A stretch of DNA of 64,000 nt from positions 4,875 to 68,874 of the forward strand of contig CAZAOT010000001.1 in NCBI GenBank assembly GCA_964487045.1, in the 5' to 3' direction. Numbering within the stretch: the first letter of the stretch is position 1; every line of letters begins with the position of its first letter. The notes under the pieces are model-generated. The model did not search any database and was not told the origin of the DNA. It saw only the letters and a list, made by a program, of their open reading frames with translations. This stretch comes from an uncultured Candidatus Saccharibacteria bacterium. Lineage in GTDB: Bacteria > Patescibacteriota > UBA1384 > DTJR01. A program made the position numbers and the translations under genes. Below are positions 49,959-61,600 of the stretch, one piece after another.

Positions 49959-51079
49959 ATACCTAGCCCAATTGCTGTTTTGGCTTCCTTTAGAGTTTCC
50001 TGCGCATCGGGGGCGACTTTTGAAGCGCCGTCCGAGAGAATTTTTTTGAGGTTTTCTTTATCGGCAATCAGTTCGTTAAATTTTTCTCTAACTGGCTTTA
50101 ACTCGGCGATGACTGCTTCTGCCAAGGCCTCTTTGAATTCGCCATAGGTTTTGCCTTCAAATTCTTTTTCAATTTCGCTAATTTCCCGGCCGGTAACCCC
50201 GGAAAAAATATTAAGTAGATTGGTGATAGCAGGTTTATCTTCTCCAGCTTTGATTTCATTTCCAGAATCTGTGACCGCTTTTTTAATCTTGGTTCTAATC
50301 GTCTTATCATCATCAGTTATAGCAATGTAATTTGCGGGTGATGGGGCTGATTTTGACATTTTCTTTTTAGGATCATCAAGTCCCATAATTCTAGCGGTTT
50401 CTTTGCGGATTAAAGGTTCTGGAACGGTAAAGATTTGCCCATATTTATTATTAATTCTTTGGGCAATATCTCGGGTTATCTCAATATGTTGTTTTTGATC
50501 TTCGCCGACCGGAACTTGATCGGTTTGGTAAAGCAAGATATCAGCGGCCATGAGCGCTGGGTAGTCAAAAAGGCCAACTGAACTTATATCGTAGGATTTA
50601 CGTTCGGATTCTTCTAGGATATTTTTTGCAAGGTCTATTCTCTTTTCATTATTATCTTGTAATTCTTTTAGCTGTTCGGGTGAATTTATTTTATCGACTA
50701 ATCTTTTTATGACATTATCTGAAATTCTGTCTCTTATTTCACTCGATTTTTCCTTAAATTGGGTCATGCGGTTAAGCTCACCCATATAGGTATGGCAATT
50801 TAAAATCCAAGCTAGTTCGGAGTGCTCGGGACGGTCAGACTGAACAAAAATTGTTGATTTATTGGGGTCGATGCCAGAAGCAATATAGAGTGCGGCGACT
50901 TCTAGTGTCTTTTCTTTTAAAACTTTTGGATCTTGGGGAACGGTAATTGCATGCAGATCGACGATGCAAAAGATGCACTCGGCTTCATCTTGAACCTTGG
51001 CCCATTGCTTAAGTGCCCCTAAATAATTTCCTAAATGTAGGTTGCCCGACGGCTGTACGCCGGAAAAGATTTTTTTCAT
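49955..51079 (-). CDS. trpS: tryptophanyl-tRNA synthetase
   Basis: GVQPSGNLHLGNYLGA (HIGH-type) and KMSKS; 374 aa. Confidence 0.75.
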   Translation of the reverse strand: MKKIFSGVQPSGNLHLGNYLGALKQWAKVQDEAECIFCIVDLHAITVPQDPKVLKEKTLEVAALYIASGIDPNKSTIFVQSDRPEHSELAWILNCHTYMGELNRMTQFKEKSSEIRDRISDNVIKRLVDKINSPEQLKELQDNNEKRIDLAKNILEESERKSYDISSVGLFDYPALMAADILLYQTDQVPVGEDQKQHIEITRDIAQRINNKYGQIFTVPEPLIRKETARIMGLDDPKKKMSKSAPSPANYIAITDDDKTIRTKIKKAVTDSGNEIKAGEDKPAITNLLNIFSGVTGREISEIEKEFEGKTYGEFKEALAEAVIAELKPVREKFNELIADKENLKKILSDGASKVAPDAQETLKEAKTAIGLGI

Positions 51080-51244
51080 TTTTATAGATCCTTCGACAAG
51101 CTCAGGATTAAAATGCCTTTTTAATTTTCTATTAAAACATTTTCAATTTAACAAAATTAAGGGGTTACCACAACTATTTGCTTGAAAATCGTCTGAAGGG
51201 TGTTAATTTTAATATAGATTCGGGGACCGAAGGGTAGGTGATAG

Positions 51245-51538
51245 ATGAAACTAGCATTTGTCCGCACTGAGAAGGGCTGGCAGCGAGGTTACTTCAGCGG
51301 AAGGATGCTGGTCGTAGGAGACAGCAAGCCAATCTCTGAAGTAGAGGCCAGAAGGCAGCTCAGCTTGCCAGGGGAAACGATCGTCAAGGTGATCGTTTCA
51401 GACCAAGTCTTTCGCGCCTATGACGTACTGATGAGACGGGACGATATGAAACCGGAGCAGGTCCAAATGGGTCTGCTGCCAAAGCCTGACAAACCCCGAA
51501 GAGGGTGCTTGATGTGGTTTCTTCCGCGCCATCATTGA
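51245..51538 (+). CDS. hypothetical protein, G+C-rich
   Basis: 97 aa; SD GGGTAGGTGA before ATG; no motif. Confidence 0.35.
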   Translation: MKLAFVRTEKGWQRGYFSGRMLVVGDSKPISEVEARRQLSLPGETIVKVIVSDQVFRAYDVLMRRDDMKPEQVQMGLLPKPDKPRRGCLMWFLPRHH

Positions 51539-51553
51539 TCCCGAATCTTACAA

Positions 51554-51592
51554 GGGACGCTCCGCCTTGTGCGGTACGTCCCTTTTCCTTTT
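51554..51592. terminator. possible bidirectional terminator between convergent G+C-rich genes
   Basis: GGGACG...CGTCCC stem followed by TTTTCCTTTT; A-run on the other side. Confidence 0.35.
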
Positions 51593-51648
51593 AAAAGTAA
51601 AACGCCCCCCGGACCGTTGGCTCGGGGCATGAGGTTGGCTGGCCGGTG

Positions 51649-51924
51649 CTACTTCTTCTTTGGCCACGCCGGGCAGAGGACGAAGGCAAGCAAGGTGAAT
51701 CCGAGCGCGATGGGCGTTCCGAGGAACGCCCAGGCGACCCCGCTCCATCCCCAGATGGCTCCGGCTGTGACGCACCACCCGATCCATCCGGCGATCCCGA
51801 TGACAAGGGTCCAGAGAATCTTGTCGCCGGCATGGCGGATCCTGGGACAACTTAGGCCGATGAAGACAGCGGCCAAGAGCAATCCCCCTCCAACCGAAAT
51901 CAATGCGGGTACCATCGCACCCAT
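51649..51924 (-). CDS. small membrane protein, G+C-rich
   Basis: 91 aa, three TM helices rich in Trp/Gly; SD AAAGGATGG. Confidence 0.4.
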   Translation of the reverse strand: MGAMVPALISVGGGLLLAAVFIGLSCPRIRHAGDKILWTLVIGIAGWIGWCVTAGAIWGWSGVAWAFLGTPIALGFTLLAFVLCPAWPKKK

Positions 51925-52024
51925 CCTTTCTGTTCTGTTGCCAGATTGTCAAAACGCGATCTGGATATACTAACTCAAGGACAGCTATATTGCAAGCGTA
52001 TGGTTTCGATAATATAGTCGGTTT

Positions 52025-52651
52025 GTGAGTAAATTAATCAAAAGAGCCCGCTTGGCCGGACAAGTTCTGAGATTTGTTCCTTTCTTAAGGATGGCAGCTC
52101 TTAACGGTTCAATTGTCCGCGGGGAAGAAAACAAACAAAGCGATATTGATATTTTAATTATCGCCTGTGCCGGCCGGCTTTATACCTGCCGCGCGTTTGC
52201 AAGTGCATTAATTCATCTAACTGGCTGGCGACGTCATGGCAAAAAAATTTCTGGCCGAATATGCCTCAATTGTTATCTTAGCGACCAGTATTTAGATATA
52301 TTTCCGGAGAATAAAACCTCCGCTTATAAAGTGGCGAAAGCCTATAAATCGTCAATTGCACTAGTAGATGAAGGGCTAGCCCAAAAATTCCAAATTGAGA
52401 ACTCTTGGTTTGAAAAGTTTGAAAAATCATCAAACACCCATACAAAACTTTTACAAGAAGCTTGTTTCATAGGATTTCCATTGAAGCCAAGTGCCAGACT
52501 GCTTGAAAAAATGTTGCTCGGTAAGGTCGGCAATTTTGTAGAGAGAAGGTTAATGCAATATCAACAAAGTCGTATTCTCAGAGGTAAGCGAAAAGGTGAC
52601 GAAATTTACGCAAGCGAAAAAGCGATCAAATTGCATCCAAAAAAGTACTAA
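52025..52651 (+). CDS. nucleotidyltransferase-domain protein (Pol-beta superfamily)
   Basis: GS...SDIDILI motif about 30 aa from N-terminus; 208 aa. Confidence 0.5.
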   Translation: MSKLIKRARLAGQVLRFVPFLRMAALNGSIVRGEENKQSDIDILIIACAGRLYTCRAFASALIHLTGWRRHGKKISGRICLNCYLSDQYLDIFPENKTSAYKVAKAYKSSIALVDEGLAQKFQIENSWFEKFEKSSNTHTKLLQEACFIGFPLKPSARLLEKMLLGKVGNFVERRLMQYQQSRILRGKRKGDEIYASEKAIKLHPKKY

Positions 52652-52658
52652 ATTCAGC

Positions 52659-52687
52659 TTGTTTGCAATGTAGAAAAAAGGTATAAT
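52659..52687 (+). promoter_or_regulatory. sigma70-type promoter TTGTTT-N17-TATAAT
   Basis: consensus -10 at 52682-52687; AAGGAGGG SD follows at 52702-52709. Confidence 0.45.
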
Positions 52688-52711
52688 TTTAGGTGGATTA
52701 TAAGGAGGGAA

Positions 52712-55700
52712 TTGGTCCAAATACCAAAGATTTTTAGCAAATCCAAATTCTTCAGGTTTAGCGAGGTTAAAACTCGCCCGAATCTTGTTATCAAATTTGG
52801 CAAGATAGAAAAAACGGCTGAAGAAAATGCTAAAAAACCTTCTAATTGGTTGATAGTTCTAACGCTAGTTGCAATTGTCATCGTTCAGTCATATTATCCG
52901 TCTGTTCAGACCAAGGCTTCGGGACAGACTTCGATTTCAAAAACTAGCACTTCTGATTGGGCTAAAGGAACTAATTCCGGAGTTAGTACTAGCTCGGATG
53001 AGGTCAAGATCTCTTCTGTGGATGGTTGGGCTAGTGATAACTACGCCTATCGTAAACAATTGACAGTTTCTGCTCAAGCATCTAATACTGTCACAAAAGG
53101 TCATACCTTAAATGCTGCTGGAGTTGGAAGCGGAACTTTTGATGGTAGCGGTGATTATTTTGATCTGGGCGATAATTATAATTCAACTGCATTGCCTGTA
53201 ACGGTTGAAGCCTGGGTCAAGATTACCGGTTCTGCTCCTGGTAGTGCGGGCTGGATGATTTTTGATTCTGATTCAAGCCCAACTTTCTATTATGGTTTTT
53301 GGATGTATGTGGATGTAAATAGAAATGTTTTTTTAAGTTATGGCGATGGTGGAGGTCAGCTATCTACAAATCGTCGCTCTAAAGTTTCTACCGGGACAGT
53401 ATCTCTTGATACTTGGACTCATGTAACTGGAGTGATTCGAGGTGCGACGGATATGTCGATTTATCTAAATGGTGTAGATGCAGGCGGATCTTACTCTGGG
53501 ACGACGAACAATGCTATGGCTCATTCTGTGGATAAAGCTAGGATTGGCTATCGTAATGTTGCAGTTAACCCAATGATGCGAGGAAATATTGACGATCTCA
53601 GAGTTTGGACAAAAGCTCGAACGACCACTGAAGTTACGGCTGATATGAACAAGGAGATATCTGCCCAGGCTAATTTGGAAGGTTATTATAAATTTAATCA
53701 GTCATCTGGAACTTTAGCCGATGATTCTGGTCATAATATCACTGGTACTGCGACTGGAGACGCAGGTTATTCACCATATTCATACGTTTGGGGTGGTATT
53801 GATACAAAGTCTCTAGTTGACGCAGGTAAGATGCGTTCGGACGGGAATGATTTGAGGGTATATTATGGTTCAAATGAAATTGAAAGGGAGTTAGTTCCAG
53901 CGAATGGAAAAACCCTGGCTACATCAGAGGCGACGCAGGTTTTGTTTAAAGCTCAGGCCCAGGTTGCAGGCGGAGCGACGGATAACGGATATTACTTGTA
54001 TTATGGTGATTCAGACGCTACTGATCCAATTGCGAATGTTTATGAAAAGAAGATGCGGGTTAAGAATGCCTATATCAACCCATCCGATGGAGACTCAACG
54101 GCGAACTCTTTGCAGTATAGCGCTGATAATTTTCCAACCGGCGGGGATGGTACTCTCGAACTGTGGTACAAATGGTCGAATCCGGTTTCTAAGTCGTGGG
54201 CAGGACCAATATTTACCGGCAACGACGATAACTCCTGGAGTATCTTCTATGGCAGATCGGGTTATAGGGTGAGATATGGCATTGGTAGTAGCCTTGTTGA
54301 ACCGTCAGGTAGCAATAATGAAGGAGGCGATTGGAACCATGTAGTACTCACATGGCATAACACGGACACCAATTCACAAATTAGAATCTACGAAAATAAT
54401 GCTTTAACACTTTCCAATGATGCTGGAACCAAAATCACAAAATGGCCCGATTATCTAAGGCTTCAAGATCCCCGAGCAGGGTTTGATGGCATAGAGATTG
54501 GTTTGTTTGACATTTATAACACTGCTAAAGATGCAGCATGGGTGTCGAGCCAATACTCAAGGACAACGGCCGTTCCATATGCAGCCGGCAGAGATACCGC
54601 TGCAACTTTTATACACAACTTTGACGGATCCACGTTTGATGCAACGGAAGCCAATGGGGGTTATGCTTTGGGAACCGCAACAGCTACGGCAACAAATGTA
54701 GCAATGAGTGGAGACTATCGAATGGGCGATACCTACGATGAAAGAGCCAATAATTCTTGGGTTAGCGGCGTTTACTATTGGTATGACGATTTTGCCGGCA
54801 ACGGAACGAAGTCGACGCCATGGAGAGAGATTGGAAAAATAAACACCGTTTCGGATGCTACGGTCTTAGGAAATGACCAGCATCTACTTATGAATAAAAA
54901 TAACATTCCAAGCAGCGTCAGAGTGGAAGCCGAAGCCAAAGGTACTGGACCGAAATTTATTTTCAACGACAGCGGTGCCTTTAACACTAACTTTTGCGGC
55001 GATCAGATGACTAGAGATGTCTATCCCGGCGATAGTGTATGGTGGCCAAGGGGTGCGGCGAGCACTTTTATCAGCGCGACTAATCAAAGTTTCATCTTGC
55101 AAAAACGTGATTATATTACTAACGGCAAGAGGATGTATATCGATATTGTAACTCCCGGGAGCTATAGTGGGCTAACCTATGAATACTGGAATGGAACGGC
55201 CTGGACATCTTTTACTCCAACCGATACAACTGCTGGGTTCACTAAAAGCGGTTATATCGATTTCTCGAATATTTATGATTCTCTAAGCGGTAGCAACCCA
55301 CCCACCGTGGGTACTTGTAACTTTTCGGGTCAAACGTATAACCGATTTATTAAAATTACTGCCACGTCAGTTACTACTGCGGCTACTTATAATATTATCT
55401 ACAATCAGTCAGATCATGCCGAAAATTTATTTACTAATGTGTCAAATGCGTTATCCGGTGATCTTCATAGTGCAACTGGTTCGACTACTATCACTCGAAA
55501 TACTAGTGCGTACAAAACAATCGGCATGTCAAAAACGTCAAACACTATCACAAGCTACATGGACGGCTATCAGACCTTTACCTCGACCGCTTCAGGTGGA
55601 GCTTGGGATAATGCGATGATTGGCCTTTCGGCCACGACTGATGCAACTTACGATAGTTTTAAAGCTTACAAAACATTAACTAGTGAACCTTCGACCGCTC

Positions 55701-58615
55701 AGGCTTCCGAGGCTCCTAAATATATAACTGGTTCGTATTATTCATCACCAACTTCTACAGCGGCTGATTCAGGAATTATTAATCTCGGTTGGATAGGAGA
55801 TTGGGGAACTCCAACCGGCTTTTCGGCAAATGTTACTATTCCGACCAATACCTCAATTGAATTCAAGGTCCGTTCTTCTTCGGTAGCCGGGTCAAATGAT
55901 GCTGACTGGACTGATTGGGCGACGATCGGCTCAGCCACAACGACTGGTGAATATAGTGTAGCTCATGCTTCGATGCCAAATATTACTTTGGGCTTGAATA
56001 AATATTTACAAATTAAGGCCACTTTAAACACTACTGACGGAGCTAGTACGCCTATTTTGAGCGACTATACTATATATTATGTTGCTGATACGGATGCTCC
56101 AACTAATCCTTCCGTTAGCTCTCTTACAGTCAATGGAACGTCAATTACTGCTTCTAACTGGACAAGCGTAAATGGAGCGGTTTTGGCGCAATTCTCTGGA
56201 GCAACGGACGCCGACGACCAATCTGGAGTAGCAGGATATTATATATATTTTGGAACGTCCTCTTCGGCTGATCCAGCTGCAAGCGGAGCATACCAAGCTC
56301 ATGTTGGAGCTGTTGGTGATACTCAAAGCTATGCTTCAACAATTACTACATCAGACGATGGAAAATATTACTATCTAATCTATAAAACCAAGGATGGCGC
56401 TGGTAACACTTCAAATGCGTCGACTTTGTATCAATTTGGCTATGATAAAACTAGTCCGATCAAGCCATCATTTGTCTCGGTTTCACCACTTGGATACACA
56501 ACGTCAAATTCGTTCACTTTTACCTGGCCAGCCGCCTCTGACCCAGATGGAGCAAATGGATCTTCAGGGATTAAATATTACGAATATCGTCGTGGCAATG
56601 AAGCCAACTGGTCGCATACGCTAAATAGCAGCCAGACCTCGGTTGCTTCACTTCAAGCTTATCAGGAAGGAGCGAACGCTTTTTATGTGAGGACGGTCGA
56701 TAGAGCTGATAATATCTCCTCTTCATACTCTCAAGTTACATATTATTGGTCAGGAACTGCTCCTGATAAGCCTGTAAATTTATCGGTTAGTCCCGATACA
56801 GCTGATGAAAATAATTTCGTAATATCTTGGGATAAGCCAACTGTTACAGAGGGGAATCCTCCAGTTGCTGGCTATTACTATTCCATCAATGCTTCTCCGA
56901 CGCTAAACAATATTACTTATATTGCTTCGACTGCAAGCCACGTCGAGCTCCCTGCTTCTAGCTATGCTACTAAGCAAGGGGCCAACATAGTTTATGTATT
57001 ATCCGTTAATGAAGCGGGTAACTTCTCGCTAGAGGAAGCATACATCGCCCAGGCAACTTTTAATTGTCAGACCGCTGCTCCGCCAATTCCGGTATCAGTT
57101 TCTATATCAGATACTACCAACCGCGCATATAATATTTATTCTCTCACTACAAAATGGTCGGCTGGAACTGGCCAAAATCAAACAAGTTTTGATCATTATA
57201 CTATTGAGAGATCAACTGACGCGGTAAATTATTCTGAACTTGCTACTACTACTTCTACAGCGTACATCGATGCTTCAAGTTTAAACAATTCAACAACATA
57301 CTACTATCGTATCAAAGCAGTTGATGATGCTGGCTCGACTTCGGCGGTTTCAACTGTGGTCTTTAAAACTCCGACCGGCAAATATCAGACCCCGCCCAAC
57401 TATCTTTCAAACCCTCAAACTTCAAATATTAAATCTTCTTCGGCCACTATTTCTTGGGCCACAGACCGAGTTTCAAATTCAATTGTAAAGTACGGAAAGA
57501 CTCAGTCGAGCCTAAGTGCTTCTAGCGGACAGCTTGACTCGGTTCTAAATCACGTAGTAGAGCTGCTTGGTCTTGAGCCATCTACTACTTATTATTATCA
57601 AGCTCAGTCGCTGGACAACGAAAGAGATTATCAATCTGACGAAGCTAATAGCGAGATGCAATCATTTACGACCTTGGCGGCGCCTGCAATATCAAATGTA
57701 AATGTATCAAATGTCACACTTTCTTCTGCTGATGTAACTTGGGAAACAACGACTCTTGCTGTTAGCTCGCTTAATTATGGTAATAATTCTAATCTTGATA
57801 AAACGCTTGATGATATTTCGGGATCAAATACTACCAAACACTCGGTTAAGCTTACCGATCTAGGGCATTCAACGCGTTATGGTTTTAGAATTTCCGGAAC
57901 AGATGCAGATAATAATGAACTCACTTCAGACCTTTATTATTTTGAGACACTACCAATGCCTCGAGTTGAAAATTTGAAATTAGAAATCGTGAAGGATAAA
58001 TCTAGGCCAGCCATCAAGGTTAATTGGAATACGAATGTTGCTACTTCTAGCATTGTTAAATATTCTGGATCAGAAGAAACACCAAAAGAAGAAGTGAAGG
58101 CCAAATTAGTCACAGAGCATGAAGTATTGCTTGAAAATCTTTCAGACGAAACTAGCTATAAAGTATCGGTATCAGGAATGGACTCGATCGGTAATTTGAC
58201 CGAAGCTTCATCGGCTTCGATTTTGACTCCGCAGGACTCAAGGCCTCCACAGATTTCTGATATTTCGATTGAAACTTCTAACGTTGGGCTAAACCGTCAG
58301 GATAAGGCTCAAGTCGTAGTTTCCTGGAGGACTGATGAACCGGCCACCAGTCGCGTCGAATATGGAGTTGGGCTAAGTGGTGACAATTATGAGAAGCAAA
58401 CCAGTGAAGATGCCAACCTAACAACAAATCATGTTGTGATCTTATCCGACCTCGAGCCAACCTCGCCATATCATCTAAAGGTTAATTCAAAAGATAAGGC
58501 GGGAAATACTTCAAAAAGTGACGATCAAGTAATTGTCTCTAGCGAAGTACCAAGATCGGTCTTGAGAGTTTTGCTAAACGCCTTAGAAGGAATATTTGGA
58601 TGGATAAAGATATGA
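52712..58615 (+). CDS. giant surface protein (1967 aa) with signal anchor, LamG/concanavalin-like and fibronectin-III-like modules
   Basis: N-terminal TM anchor; LamG-like blocks (NIDDLRVWTKARTTTEV); repeated FN3-like modules (YYYRIKAVDDAGSTSAV, TTYYYQAQSLDNERDY); S/T/N-rich. Confidence 0.6.
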   Translation: MVQIPKIFSKSKFFRFSEVKTRPNLVIKFGKIEKTAEENAKKPSNWLIVLTLVAIVIVQSYYPSVQTKASGQTSISKTSTSDWAKGTNSGVSTSSDEVKISSVDGWASDNYAYRKQLTVSAQASNTVTKGHTLNAAGVGSGTFDGSGDYFDLGDNYNSTALPVTVEAWVKITGSAPGSAGWMIFDSDSSPTFYYGFWMYVDVNRNVFLSYGDGGGQLSTNRRSKVSTGTVSLDTWTHVTGVIRGATDMSIYLNGVDAGGSYSGTTNNAMAHSVDKARIGYRNVAVNPMMRGNIDDLRVWTKARTTTEVTADMNKEISAQANLEGYYKFNQSSGTLADDSGHNITGTATGDAGYSPYSYVWGGIDTKSLVDAGKMRSDGNDLRVYYGSNEIERELVPANGKTLATSEATQVLFKAQAQVAGGATDNGYYLYYGDSDATDPIANVYEKKMRVKNAYINPSDGDSTANSLQYSADNFPTGGDGTLELWYKWSNPVSKSWAGPIFTGNDDNSWSIFYGRSGYRVRYGIGSSLVEPSGSNNEGGDWNHVVLTWHNTDTNSQIRIYENNALTLSNDAGTKITKWPDYLRLQDPRAGFDGIEIGLFDIYNTAKDAAWVSSQYSRTTAVPYAAGRDTAATFIHNFDGSTFDATEANGGYALGTATATATNVAMSGDYRMGDTYDERANNSWVSGVYYWYDDFAGNGTKSTPWREIGKINTVSDATVLGNDQHLLMNKNNIPSSVRVEAEAKGTGPKFIFNDSGAFNTNFCGDQMTRDVYPGDSVWWPRGAASTFISATNQSFILQKRDYITNGKRMYIDIVTPGSYSGLTYEYWNGTAWTSFTPTDTTAGFTKSGYIDFSNIYDSLSGSNPPTVGTCNFSGQTYNRFIKITATSVTTAATYNIIYNQSDHAENLFTNVSNALSGDLHSATGSTTITRNTSAYKTIGMSKTSNTITSYMDGYQTFTSTASGGAWDNAMIGLSATTDATYDSFKAYKTLTSEPSTAQASEAPKYITGSYYSSPTSTAADSGIINLGWIGDWGTPTGFSANVTIPTNTSIEFKVRSSSVAGSNDADWTDWATIGSATTTGEYSVAHASMPNITLGLNKYLQIKATLNTTDGASTPILSDYTIYYVADTDAPTNPSVSSLTVNGTSITASNWTSVNGAVLAQFSGATDADDQSGVAGYYIYFGTSSSADPAASGAYQAHVGAVGDTQSYASTITTSDDGKYYYLIYKTKDGAGNTSNASTLYQFGYDKTSPIKPSFVSVSPLGYTTSNSFTFTWPAASDPDGANGSSGIKYYEYRRGNEANWSHTLNSSQTSVASLQAYQEGANAFYVRTVDRADNISSSYSQVTYYWSGTAPDKPVNLSVSPDTADENNFVISWDKPTVTEGNPPVAGYYYSINASPTLNNITYIASTASHVELPASSYATKQGANIVYVLSVNEAGNFSLEEAYIAQATFNCQTAAPPIPVSVSISDTTNRAYNIYSLTTKWSAGTGQNQTSFDHYTIERSTDAVNYSELATTTSTAYIDASSLNNSTTYYYRIKAVDDAGSTSAVSTVVFKTPTGKYQTPPNYLSNPQTSNIKSSSATISWATDRVSNSIVKYGKTQSSLSASSGQLDSVLNHVVELLGLEPSTTYYYQAQSLDNERDYQSDEANSEMQSFTTLAAPAISNVNVSNVTLSSADVTWETTTLAVSSLNYGNNSNLDKTLDDISGSNTTKHSVKLTDLGHSTRYGFRISGTDADNNELTSDLYYFETLPMPRVENLKLEIVKDKSRPAIKVNWNTNVATSSIVKYSGSEETPKEEVKAKLVTEHEVLLENLSDETSYKVSVSGMDSIGNLTEASSASILTPQDSRPPQISDISIETSNVGLNRQDKAQVVVSWRTDEPATSRVEYGVGLSGDNYEKQTSEDANLTTNHVVILSDLEPTSPYHLKVNSKDKAGNTSKSDDQVIVSSEVPRSVLRVLLNALEGIFGWIKI

Positions 58616-61600
58616 GATACATAGCAAAAATTAAAAATCATTTATTGTTTGCCCTTATCTCCATAATGATCTTATCTGTTGTTGTGATTTCGCCGTGGCA
58701 CAAGCCATCTGTTGCGAGAGCGTCCTGGTATCCTGACGCTGCATGGCAATATCGTCAACAGATTGTAATCGATCATACAAAGGTTGCTGCCGATCAATCT
58801 GATTTTCCGGTAATGCTTAAAATTACCAGTCAGTACAATCCAGTTTTTGCTTCAGCCAAAGACGACGGAACTGATATTTTATTCACCTCAAGTGACGGCG
58901 CCACAAAACTATCTCATGAGATTGAAACTTTCTCTAAAACATCAAAAGAACTTTGGGCATGGGTTAAAATTCCTACATTATCATCGAGTAATGATGTGAC
59001 ACTTTATATGTACTACGGCAATGCAGACGCTACGAACCAACAAAATAATAATGACGTATGGTCCAACAATTATTCGGCTGTTTGGCATTTAGGTGAAGCG
59101 AGTGGCAATTCGTTAGATTCCACATCGAGTGGTATTAGTGGAACGATTGGCACTGGGGTGACCCAAAATGTTTCAAATAAGCTAGCTCGATATTATTCTT
59201 TGGCTGGAGCTGGTTCGGTCAATTATGGAAATTCTAGCGCTCTGCCAAATGGTACTTCAGCAAAAACGCTTTGCGGATGGGGAAGGTCTAATAGTGTAGC
59301 TGTAGGCTATCGCTGGATGGCGGCATATGGAACTGGTGCAACTAACCAAGCACTATTTATCGGGATGAATGGTACTACAGCTTATGGAGGAGGGTATGGT
59401 AACGATCTAACTTCGTCGAATTTTTGGTCTGCAGGTGAATGGAAATATCTGTGTGTAACTTATGACGGGACACAAGGAGCTTTGTACGGCAATGGATCGC
59501 AGCTAGTGGCGCCAACCACAAAACCTTGGAGCTTAGTCAGAAATCAGACATATCTTGGTCAGCAAGTGGGTGCAACTGAATACTGGAATGGAGATCTCGA
59601 TCAGGTTACAATCTCATCAACCGCCAGATCTTCAACATGGATTCAGACGGAATACAATAACCAGAATGATCCCGGAAGTTTTGCTACTTTTTACTGGGAA
59701 AAAAATCAGAACAATTATAATCAGACAACGGAAAGTGATTGGCTTTCATCGAACTGGCTTTATAGACAAAAAATTCAGGTCACAAACAATACCGCTTCGG
59801 CGCTTACAGATTATCAAGTTCTAATTGATAGCGGGTCGTTGAACTTATCTAACGTATTTAGCAAGGCAAATTCGGATGGTTCGGATATAAGATTTGGAAA
59901 TAATTCATCTAGTGAAGAGCTTAATTATTATATGCAATCTTATTCTAAGGTTTCTGGTACGGCTAAAATTTGGGTTAAAATACCTTATTTGCCGGCTAGC
60001 GGGAGCGGATATATTTACCTATATTATGGAAATTCTGGCGCTGCTTCACTTTCAAATTTGACAAATGTCAATTCCTCTACTGAAACTAAAATTAGCATTG
60101 GCTTAACAGCAAATGCTACTTCTTATTTTTCATCCTACGTGCCAGCTAACACTATCGACGGCAATACATCTTCAACTTTTTGGCATGGTAATAATGATGG
60201 TCAGCTGCATAATTTATGGGTTTCGGGGATATCTAATAAAATTTTATCGTCTGTTAAGGTTTATCATTACGCTGGACAGTGGGCTTCAACATTCAAAATT
60301 CAGGGATCAAATGATAATTTTGCTTCAGATATTCGGGAATTTGCCAGTGTTACCTCACCAACTCAAAATATGACTTTCTCTAATATTAATGATTCTGCAT
60401 CTTCGGTAAGATATCAAACCCTTACAACTACAAACTGGTATAATCCTACAATTTATGAAATTGAGATTTATACCAAATTTAAAACTGCCTCTAGCGAGCC
60501 AACCTTAATTTTGAGTGGGAGTGAGGTAGCCTTTGATTCCGATATTCCAAGCAATCCATCATCATTTGTCGGAAAAAATATCTCTGGGGGAGCAATAACA
60601 CTTGATCCAACCGCATATTATAATTACACCACGCCAGAAATCTCCTGGCCTACAGTTGGTTCAGCGGGAGGAGCCAGTGACTCAACTACCGGTGTCGACG
60701 GTTATTATATGTATTTTGGGACCAGTTGCGGCGGCGGAGGTGCTGATCCAGCACTGACCAGAGGGCTACTTAGTGACACGGGCTCGGGTCTTCATTACTC
60801 GGCAGCAGTTTCTATATCTGCTCCGACATTATCGACTGATGGAACTTATTGTCTGCGTCTAAAAACTAAAGATGTTGCAGGCAATATTTCTAGTGCTGTT
60901 GAGGCGTTTGTGTATAAGTTTGATGCCTCATCGCCTTCACAGCCAACATATATAGCCGCGAATCCCGCCGGATATACTTCAACCAATTCCTTTTCGTTCT
61001 CCTGGCCAGCCGCTTCCGATACAGGCGGTTCACTTTTTGCAGGGTATCAGTATAAGCGAGGTGGTAGCTCAGGGGACGGTTGGTCATCGACAATTACTCA
61101 AACCAGTGTATCGGGAATTCAATCTTATCAGACAGGTGAAAATATTTTCTTGGTCAGGGCTATTGATAACGCTCAAAATGTTTCAAGCGAGACCCAAACA
61201 AATTACTATTATTCTTCGAACGCTCCAACCAAGCCGACTAGTTTCTCGGCTTCTCCTGAAATATCTGCAACTAACAACTTTTCCTTTAGCTGGACAGCTC
61301 CAGTGCATGACATAGAAATTGATGAGTATGGCTATTCTATAAATGCCGCGCCAACGATGCAAAATATTACTTGGACAGGCTCAAATTCAACTTCAATTGC
61401 GGCCGGGCCATTTGCCACCAAGCAGGGCGTCAATACTATTTATCTTGTTGCCAAAGATGCTGCGGGTAACTACGCTTTTGATCAGGCTAATTATGCTACA
61501 GCGAATTTCGATTGTCAGACTTCCGCCCCGCCAACTCCAGTGGCCGTATCAGCGGTTGACTCCTCGGATAGATCAATTAGCAGATGGATGATCACAACTC

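Noticed and set aside
51548-51973. Several 80-134-aa ORFs in multiple frames across 51548-51973
   Set aside because: Overlapping frames in a G+C-rich patch. Only 51245-51538 (+) and 51649-51924 (-) have Shine-Dalgarno and coherent hydrophobic or soluble character.
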